DNA of 64,000 bases from Candidatus Latescibacterota bacterium (GTDB lineage Bacteria; Latescibacterota; UBA2968; UBA8231): assembly GCA_965215195.1 (NCBI GenBank), contig CBDCDC010000002.1:3904001-3968000 (forward strand), given 5' to 3'. Below are positions 57,759-64,000 of this stretch, in pieces (positions within the stretch are counted from its first letter, which is position 1; the number at the start of each line of letters is the position of its first letter). The notes below the pieces were generated by a model. That model had not been told where the DNA came from and made no database searches. It worked only from the letters and a program-made list of their open reading frames with translations. The position numbers and the translations under genes are program-made.

Positions 57759-58810
57759 TCCACCGCTGGATTTTCCAAATAAGCCAAAAGCAACCGCGCT
57801 GCGTTGACAATGCCGTCCCACGCGCAGATTTCGTACCCGTGCGTGTTGTCGCCCGGGTAGCCAATCAACGCAGCGCGCGCAATAGCACCGGACGTTTTGG
57901 CAATCGACGAGTCGCTGGCGTACGAAGTGAGGACGGCCGTTTGGATGCCGAACCCGCCGGCAGCGGCTAAGGCGTCAAAGCGGTCGATAATGCGCGTGTC
58001 GTACAGACCGCGACTGTCGCGGACGCCGATGATGGGATCGCCGCTGTTGGCCGTGCCGTATTCGGCGGCCACAGGCGCGATGTCAACGGCCACGGCCGCG
58101 TCAACCGGCAGCCGTCCGAGCGCGTAGATCGCGCCGTGACCGCCGATTTCCTCGCTGGAGCTGGCCACTAAGTATACGTCTTGGGCCGGCCGGTTTTCCC
58201 GCAAGTGCAGGCCCACTTCGAGCATAGCTGCCAAGCCGGCGCGGCAATCGAGGTTGTAGCCGCAGACGCAATCGCCCAGCCGCCAGAGCGTTTTGTGTTT
58301 GCCGGCGATGACGACCCGAGTGCCGGCGCGGATCCCGCGCTGGACCAGTTCTTCGGTCGCGAGCCTCGTTTCAATCCACATCTGTTCCCACTTGAGGGGT
58401 TGGCCGTTTTTGAGCCGCCCGGCCGGGCTCTCTGCGGAGACGTGCTTGGCGCCGGTGGAGAGCACACCCGGGCAGAGGCCGTCCCGCGCCATGATCTCCA
58501 CCGGGCTTTCGCCCAGTGCCCAAGGGTGCAAGCCGCCCAAGGGCTGCACCCGGATTTTGCCGTCGGCTTCGACGCGCTTGACGATGAGGGCGATCTCGTC
58601 CTTGTGAGCGAGGGCTGCCACGGGCTGGTCGTGGCTTTGGCCCTTGATGTGGATGATGATGTTGTCGGCCGCATCCTGCCAGACCGCGTCGCCGATGGGG
58701 GCGGCGAGTTCGGCGACGAGGGCGTCCATAGCGGATTCTGCGCCCGAGGGCGCGTGGGTGGCAATTAGTTGTTCGACAAAGCCGTAGAGGCGTTGGGCAT
58801 CAATGGTCAT
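57755..58810 (-). CDS. M42 family metallopeptidase
   Basis: APSGAE, AHKDEI, LDCR, EEIG, VDI and NTHGYE motifs. Confidence 0.88.
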   Translation of the reverse strand: MTIDAQRLYGFVEQLIATHAPSGAESAMDALVAELAAPIGDAVWQDAADNIIIHIKGQSHDQPVAALAHKDEIALIVKRVEADGKIRVQPLGGLHPWALGESPVEIMARDGLCPGVLSTGAKHVSAESPAGRLKNGQPLKWEQMWIETRLATEELVQRGIRAGTRVVIAGKHKTLWRLGDCVCGYNLDCRAGLAAMLEVGLHLRENRPAQDVYLVASSSEEIGGHGAIYALGRLPVDAAVAVDIAPVAAEYGTANSGDPIIGVRDSRGLYDTRIIDRFDALAAAGGFGIQTAVLTSYASDSSIAKTSGAIARAALIGYPGDNTHGYEICAWDGIVNAARLLLAYLENPAVD

Positions 58811-58814
58811 CTGG

Positions 58815-59624
58815 TTATTCTGCTTCCAGAACGTCCGGGTCTAGTTGATACCAAAACACCGTGCCGGATTCGATAAGGTCCTGTATCCGATCATCTCGGC
58901 GCAGACCAGCGACTGCGGGATATGAACGCCGACCGGTGAACTGGTTCAGGAACTTGGCATTGCGGATGGCTCGATGAGTGTCCCGTCCGTTGGCAGTAAA
59001 GGAGATTTCCACGGCAATGTAACAAAGGTCGCCCTCCGAGTCCGTGGCCTCCATGATCAGGTCGGCCCGGTGGTAGCTTTTCAACTCGTTTTTGGGAATG
59101 CCCGACGTGTCGGCGCGGTCGGTCAGCATCCACATATCATCTTGAGTGAGGGTTTTTGTCCGCCGCAGGCCCATTTCCCGGGCGATGGTAGCGGCTTCGC
59201 CGAGAGCGGCGGTGCGGGCATGGCCGCCTTTGAGTATGCCGATATCAGTTTGGATAGACTTCACTTGGGTTTTGAGCGTGTTGACGTCTTCTTGGATCGC
59301 CTCTACTCTGGTTTCAAGGGCCTCAAAACGCCGGTTCGTGGCCTCGACGAACTGATGCATTTCGGCAACGAACTGATGCATTTCGGCGACGAATCGGTCC
59401 GTTTTAGCGACGAACTGGTGCATTTCGGCGACGAATCGGTCCGTTTTAGCGACGAACTGGTGCATTTCGGCGATGAACTGGTGCATTTCGGCGACAAACT
59501 GAGTGAATTTTTCGGGCAGTTCGATCAATTCGCGCGACAGCAGTCGAGTGCGCAGGGCCTCAACCCAATCGGGATTTTCATCCAGTACATGGAGTAGGTC
59601 TTCTATGGTATGGATCGTGGTCAT
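58815..59624 (-). CDS. Heptad-repeat coiled-coil protein with a C-terminal PD-(D/E)xK-like domain
   Basis: FVAEMHQ and FVAKTDR repeats, then ADLIME...YIAVEISFTA...D..RA. Confidence 0.75.
   Translation of the reverse strand: MTTIHTIEDLLHVLDENPDWVEALRTRLLSRELIELPEKFTQFVAEMHQFIAEMHQFVAKTDRFVAEMHQFVAKTDRFVAEMHQFVAEMHQFVEATNRRFEALETRVEAIQEDVNTLKTQVKSIQTDIGILKGGHARTAALGEAATIAREMGLRRTKTLTQDDMWMLTDRADTSGIPKNELKSYHRADLIMEATDSEGDLCYIAVEISFTANGRDTHRAIRNAKFLNQFTGRRSYPAVAGLRRDDRIQDLIESGTVFWYQLDPDVLEAE
59331..59498 (-). repeat. Eight 21-nt intragenic tandem repeats
   Basis: Encode FVAEMHQ, FIAEMHQ, FVAKTDR, FVAEMHQ, FVAKTDR, FVAEMHQ, FVAEMHQ, FVEATNR. Confidence 0.93.
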
Positions 59625-59663
59625 AGCTTTTTTTGTTTGTCGTCCGAGCAGAAATTCGCTGAC

Positions 59664-60287
59664 CTATAAACGCTTTCTTCTCTTTCTCGCTTCTAATCTG
59701 TTAAACCAGTCCCGACCTTTGCTTCCACACTCGTCTCGTATCAACTCTTTCAATTTTCTTGTTCTATTGTTCAGTACCCGAACTTCATTTAAGAATGACT
59801 CCTTTTGCGCCTTCACCTTGTCTCTATCGTCAAAAAGATTTTTCCTCATTTCGCGAATGCCTTTTAGCTGCAATTCAATATCGCGTATTGACGCTTTGTT
59901 CTTCTTTTCCCTCATCTTTTTAAAAAGTATAAACTTCTTGGCCTTGCTTTTTTTTAGTCTTTCCCGCAGAATGGTTCTCTGGTTGGTTTCTTCTTTTAGC
60001 ATTTTGTTTATTCCCTTCTCGCTACTACGGGCGTCATCGAGAAGTTTATATGCAGTATCCGCTGCTTTCATAGAGGAATAATGTGCATCCACTAAAACTT
60101 GAAAATTATAGCTATGTCGCGCCTGAGCAAGATGTGATTCGACACTTCTTTGATGTTCCCAGACGCTTCGTTCAACACGACCTCTCGTTTCCTCCCAACG
60201 TTGACGCGCTTCTCGTTCTTCCTCAGAGACCGCATCATAAATAGCTTTTAGTGCTACACCTACTCCAACAGGAATTAACCACCACAT
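59664..60287 (-). CDS. Hypothetical basic coiled-coil protein with an N-terminal hydrophobic segment
   Basis: GGAG RBS before MWWLIPVGVGVALKAIY. AT-rich. Starts 1 nt after the upstream stop codon. Confidence 0.75.
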   Translation of the reverse strand: MWWLIPVGVGVALKAIYDAVSEEEREARQRWEETRGRVERSVWEHQRSVESHLAQARHSYNFQVLVDAHYSSMKAADTAYKLLDDARSSEKGINKMLKEETNQRTILRERLKKSKAKKFILFKKMREKKNKASIRDIELQLKGIREMRKNLFDDRDKVKAQKESFLNEVRVLNNRTRKLKELIRDECGSKGRDWFNRLEARKRRKRL

Positions 60288-60288
60288 A

Positions 60289-60855
60289 TCAATCTCCCAA
60301 TAGTTTTGGAGAAATTTCAACAGGAGGCAAAGCTTGAACAAGTTTTTGGAGATTTTCGTTGGCTCGAGCTCCAAAATTAGGTAACACTTTTGTCATCTCA
60401 ATTGCCATTTCTTTATACATTTGACGTTCTTCAATAGACAGGCCATTTTCAAAAGATTTTCGTTGGGCTTCTTGTGCCATCTCCAAGACTTTTACTCTTT
60501 GTATATGAAGCCTTTGTAATTCTGCATTTACTGTTTCGTAGAAACCAACGAGAGCGATTCTTCTATGTATAAGTTCCTCCATTTTAAGTTTAAACGATTT
60601 GTCGATTACGTCGTGTGCAATGTCAGCTTGTTTCTCTATTCTGGTCAGTTCTACCTCGAGACGCTTTGTCTCGATTTTATACGCCAGAGTTTGGGCATAT
60701 GCCTCAGCTATCGCCCCGAAAGGATTAAACGCTTTCAGAATAGAGACCCACTTGCCTCCTGTTGAGTTGTGAAATTCCCGCGCTGGTTCGACCTTATCGA
60801 TGTTTCCAACAGAAACACTACTGGTCTGTTTCCTGCCCTTTTGAGAGATCGCCAT
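60289..60855 (-). CDS. Hypothetical alpha-helical/coiled-coil protein
   Basis: AT-rich 188-aa ORF from MAISQKGR, downstream of a sigma70 promoter. Confidence 0.75.
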   Translation of the reverse strand: MAISQKGRKQTSSVSVGNIDKVEPAREFHNSTGGKWVSILKAFNPFGAIAEAYAQTLAYKIETKRLEVELTRIEKQADIAHDVIDKSFKLKMEELIHRRIALVGFYETVNAELQRLHIQRVKVLEMAQEAQRKSFENGLSIEERQMYKEMAIEMTKVLPNFGARANENLQKLVQALPPVEISPKLLGD

Positions 60856-60906
60856 TTTAATCTTCCGCCCATTTTTTACGACGTTTTCGGAGCCAACGAA
60901 ACATTC

Positions 60907-60935
60907 AATATATTGGACAGGGAGATGCCCGTCAA
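60907..60935 (-). promoter_or_regulatory. sigma70 promoter for the AT-rich two-gene unit
   Basis: Minus strand reads TTGACG, 17 nt spacer, TATATT. Confidence 0.72.
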
Positions 60936-60960
60936 GCAAAAGACTTGGGCCGTCTTTTGC
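60936..60960 (-). terminator. Hairpin downstream of the ECF sigma gene
   Basis: gcaaaagac-N7-gtcttttgc perfect 9-bp stem. Confidence 0.55.
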
Positions 60961-60999
60961 ACAACGCAGAAAAGGGATACGGCCGGAGCAGCAAAGAGG

Positions 61000-61608
61000 T
61001 CAGGCTGGCGCGGCGAGCGATCCAATTACTTCTTCGGCCAGCCCACGCAAGGTCTTTTGCAGCCGCAGGCGGCCCCGATTGACGCGCGATTTGACCGTGC
61101 CTACGGGGCAGTTGATGATCTGGGCGATTTCCTCGTACGAGAGTCCGTTCAAATCGCGGAGGAGCACGGCGGCGCGAAATTCTGAGGGCAGGCCTTCGAT
61201 GGCATCAACGACGAGGGACTTGACGCGGTGGCTGTCGGCCTGTTCGCCGGGGAGTGGGTCCTTGGCCGCTGGCTCGTAAAAGGTGGCGGGCTGTTCGTCG
61301 TCGCTGGGGCTGATCGGGATCCATTGCCAGCGCTTGCGGCGGCGCAACTCGGTTTTGGCCAAGTTGCCGGCAATGGTGTAGAGCCAAGTGGAAACTTGTT
61401 CGATGGCCGGATACTGGTGGCTGTGGCGCAAGCAGCGGAGAAACGTCTCTTGCACGATGTCCTCGGCCGTTTCTCGGTCGCCGACAAAGCGATAGGCGAA
61501 GTTGTATAGTGGGGTGCGGTAGCGTTTGACTAGTACGCCGAGGTGGCCTTGGTCTTCGGCGGCGCGCAGCAAAATTTCCCTATCAGTGAGTGCATTCATC
61601 GCTTCCAT
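61000..61608 (-). CDS. ECF RNA polymerase sigma factor (RpoE/SigW-like)
   Basis: AEDIVQETF, STWLYTIAGN and LSYEEIAQIINCPVGTVKSRVNRGR motifs. AGAAAGGA RBS. Confidence 0.95.
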   Translation of the reverse strand: MEAMNALTDREILLRAAEDQGHLGVLVKRYRTPLYNFAYRFVGDRETAEDIVQETFLRCLRHSHQYPAIEQVSTWLYTIAGNLAKTELRRRKRWQWIPISPSDDEQPATFYEPAAKDPLPGEQADSHRVKSLVVDAIEGLPSEFRAAVLLRDLNGLSYEEIAQIINCPVGTVKSRVNRGRLRLQKTLRGLAEEVIGSLAAPA

Positions 61609-61689
61609 GGTTGCGATCCTTTCTGATTCAGTGCGCCGCTCGCTGAGGGCAAGGCGACGCAACTCAAGCGATTATCTCCGCGATGTATT

Positions 61690-61705
61690 AGCAATAATCG
61701 TGCCA
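61690..61705 (-). promoter_or_regulatory. sigma54 (-24/-12) promoter of the ECF sigma gene
   Basis: Minus strand TGGCACGATTATTGCT is an exact match to TGGCACG-N4-TTGCW. Confidence 0.88.
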
Positions 61706-61768
61706 TTCCTCACTAAGGCAAATTATCGCCGTTTTTAGGGGTTTTTGGCAACAAAAGCCAAATGGACC

Positions 61769-61802
61769 ACTCAGATATCTGAGTATCCTCAGATTTCTGA
61801 GG
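61769..61802. promoter_or_regulatory. Two tandem palindromes, putative enhancer (UAS) for a sigma54 activator
   Basis: ACTCAGATATCTGAGT (61769-61784) and CCTCAGATTTCTGAGG (61787-61802). Confidence 0.75.
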
Positions 61803-61887
61803 CGCATCTTTTGACAGGTACAGGGGCAAGCGGTAGATTTCGCACCGATAAATTCGCCTAGTTTCTAAATGAAAATGGAGTGCGCTC

Positions 61888-62499
61888 GTGCAAGAGTTGG
61901 TCATGCGCTTGGAGTCATTGTGCCAAGCCAAGGGAGCAGAAAAGTTCTCGGCTGAAGAAATAGTCGAGTTATTGGCAGATGGGGAAGAAGTCGATTGGAT
62001 CGTCGATCAAGTGATGCCGGCCGCGGCTGAGGCCGATCGCAGCGAAATGGGCCAAGCACTGGCCGAAATCTCCGCTGCGGTGGCACCTGCTCCCGCCACA
62101 GGCGACGAGGAACCGGCCGCTGTGGAGGAGCTGGATCTGGCCCAACTCCAGCAGGCCCTGCCGCCCGGGGTGGACGTGCAGCAGGTCGAGGAAATGTTGC
62201 GCTCGCCGCAGGGCGCGTTGCTGGCCGATTTTAGTGCCTTTTGCCGCGAGCGCGGGCTTGAGGGCGAGTTGGGTGAAGCGGAGGTGAGCGAGGCCCTGAG
62301 TGCATTGCACGAGGAGTGGTTGCAGACGCCGCGGCCGGCGCTAGAAGGCGAAAAACCGGCCGCCGTGCTAGAAGGCGGTCGGCTCTTGCCGGGCAAGGTA
62401 GAGACCTTCCGCCGCGAAGCCCCCAAGGTCGGCCGCAACGAGCCGTGCCCCTGCGGCAGCGGCAAGAAGTTCAAAAGATGCTGCGGCAAGGTGGCTTGA
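61888..62499 (+). CDS. SEC-C motif domain protein
   Basis: C-terminal [21 protein letters not shown]. Confidence 0.88.
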   Translation: MQELVMRLESLCQAKGAEKFSAEEIVELLADGEEVDWIVDQVMPAAAEADRSEMGQALAEISAAVAPAPATGDEEPAAVEELDLAQLQQALPPGVDVQQVEEMLRSPQGALLADFSAFCRERGLEGELGEAEVSEALSALHEEWLQTPRPALEGEKPAAVLEGGRLLPGKVETFRREAPKVGRNEPCPCGSGKKFKRCCGKVA

Positions 62500-62500
62500 G

Positions 62501-63043
62501 ATGGCCCAAGTTCGCCTCTCTGCGGCCATTGAAGGCGTCTATATCGCCGAGCTACAGTCGCACGGCGACGAGCGGGGCCGCTTTACCGAGGTCTATCGCA
62601 AGGAGTGGTTTCCCCAGTGCTGCTGGAACGCCTTGCAGTGGAGCCGCTCGGAGTCGCAACAGGGGGTGCTGCGCGGCTTGCACTATCACCACCGCCAAGT
62701 TGACTACTGGCACTGCGGCATGGGCGCACTGCGCGTCGGCCTGCTCGATCTGCGCCGCAGGTCGCCGACCTGTGGGCAGGGGCAGGTCATCGAATTAGAT
62801 CAAGAGCTATTGCGGGGCGTCTTTATTCCGGCGGGGGTAGCGCATGGCTTTTACGCAGTCACCGACGCGATGCTTTTCTACTTGGTCGATGCCTACTACG
62901 ACGGCACGGACGAGTGGGGCGTGGCTTGGGACGATCCCGATGCAGGGTTGGAGTGGGGCATTGAGGGGGGGCCGATCCTCTCGCCGCGAGACCAAAATAA
63001 CCCGCGGCTACGAGATATTTCCGCCGAGGATCTGCCCGGCTAA
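62501..63043 (+). CDS. rfbC: dTDP-4-dehydrorhamnose 3,5-epimerase
   Basis: HGDERGRFTE, GVLRGLHY, DLRRRSPT, PAGVAHGF and WDDP motifs. Confidence 0.92.
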   Translation: MAQVRLSAAIEGVYIAELQSHGDERGRFTEVYRKEWFPQCCWNALQWSRSESQQGVLRGLHYHHRQVDYWHCGMGALRVGLLDLRRRSPTCGQGQVIELDQELLRGVFIPAGVAHGFYAVTDAMLFYLVDAYYDGTDEWGVAWDDPDAGLEWGIEGGPILSPRDQNNPRLRDISAEDLPG

Positions 63044-63211
63044 AAATGACCTTTGACCTCCTAGCGGCCCTCTTAGGTTGCGCCTTGACCCACCGGGCGC
63101 GGTAGGCCCCTATTACATCAATACCGCATATCTCTATGGCGGGCCGGGGCGGGCGCACTTATGGGTTGCCGAAAATTCACGCGCTCGACGAGTCGCTCTG
63201 GCGGGATCGAT

Positions 63212-64000
63212 CTAGCCAGCGGCCTCTTCCAATTCCTCGCCCTCAACCCGCACTGAAACGAGCTGGGAAACCCCTTCCTCAGGCATGGTGACGCCGTGCA
63301 GAGCGTCGGCCGCGGCCATGGTGATCTTGTTGTGCGTCACCACGACGAATTGCGTCCCTTTGGCAAATTCCTTGAGCACGCGCACAAAGCGGTTGATGTT
63401 GGCGTCGTCGAGCGGAGCGTCGACCTCGTCGAGGATGCAGAATGGGCTGGGCTTGACTTGGTAGATGGCAAAGAGCAGCGCAATGGCCGTCAGCGCACGC
63501 TCGCCGCCCGACAGCAAAGCAATGTTTTGCAGGCGCTTGCCGCTGGGTCGGGCGATGATGTTGATGTGGGCCTCTAGGGCGTCGATGTTTTCTTCGAGGC
63601 GGAGGTCGGCTTCTCCTCCGGGGAAGAAGCGGACAAAGGTCCCTTTGAACTGCTCGCGGATCTGCTCGAAAGACTTGAGGAACATCCGCCGCGCCGTGCG
63701 GTCAATCAGGCCGAGAGTTTTCTTTAGGTCCTCGGCCGCGATCACTAGATCGTCGCGCTGTTGGCGGAGAAAGTCGTAGCGCTCCTTTTGTTCCTTGTGT
63801 TCTTCCAATACGCCTAAATGTACCGAGCCCAAGCGATGTAGGGACCGACGCAACTGATCGATGCGCTGTTGTGCAGCTTCTTCGTCGATGGCTTCGTCGA
63901 GAGGCCCCATGGCCGCGACGTCGCAGTGATACTCCTCCTGCAAGCGCGTGCGGATGTGCTGGGTCTGTAGCTTTAGCTCGGAGATGCGCACTTCGAGGCG
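63212..64000 (-). CDS. smc: Chromosome segregation protein SMC, C-terminal part (5'-truncated by the window edge)
   Basis: LSGGERALTAIALLFAI..PSPFCILDEVDAPLDDAN..QFVVVTHN, and GVTMPEEGVS. Confidence 0.96.
   Translation of the reverse strand, partial: RLEVRISELKLQTQHIRTRLQEEYHCDVAAMGPLDEAIDEEAAQQRIDQLRRSLHRLGSVHLGVLEEHKEQKERYDFLRQQRDDLVIAAEDLKKTLGLIDRTARRMFLKSFEQIREQFKGTFVRFFPGGEADLRLEENIDALEAHINIIARPSGKRLQNIALLSGGERALTAIALLFAIYQVKPSPFCILDEVDAPLDDANINRFVRVLKEFAKGTQFVVVTHNKITMAAADALHGVTMPEEGVSQLVSVRVEGEELEEAAG

Noticed and set aside
59331-59498. Possible CRISPR or other non-coding repeat array
   Set aside because: These are in-frame 21-nt coding heptads without spacers.

Overview
A 64 kb window of a GC-rich diderm bacterial chromosome. 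The gene families present (DUF6785-type membrane protein, many PQQ/BamB-like propellers, PhyH, heptad-repeat proteins) suggest a Latescibacterota/Gemmatimonadota/PVC-like organism, but this is inference only. The housekeeping backbone includes a PpiC foldase, rfbB, xylonate dehydratase, ubiX, an RsmB/F methylase, M23 peptidase, mrp, a DksA-like factor, TolC, tal, gmhA, a polyprenyl synthase, an ECF sigma factor, rfbC and smc. It is interrupted by small, often AT-rich accessory inserts. (1) A nuclease-methyltransferase plus HsdS-like RM system has a PIN toxin gene between its subunits, and the RM enzyme carries an antitoxin-like C-terminal tail in frame. (2) A mosaic tandem duplication places a TA cassette and an MTase/HNH cassette as alternative cargos between the same phyH and PQQ-gene arms. 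(3) A Uma2 gene is bracketed by REP-like palindromes. (4) A Fic gene appears truncated. (5) An AT-rich two-gene coiled-coil operon has its own sigma70 promoter. An ~18.5 kb minus-strand operon (radical SAM, flavin halogenase-like enzyme, PaaK-like CoA ligase, GT4, thioesterase, TonB receptor, symporter, ABC exporter, three propellers) looks like an uncharacterised small-molecule pathway. Two sigma54 promoters are visible; one has tandem palindromic enhancer-like sites and drives the ECF sigma factor. No rRNA, tRNA, CRISPR array or transposase was seen.
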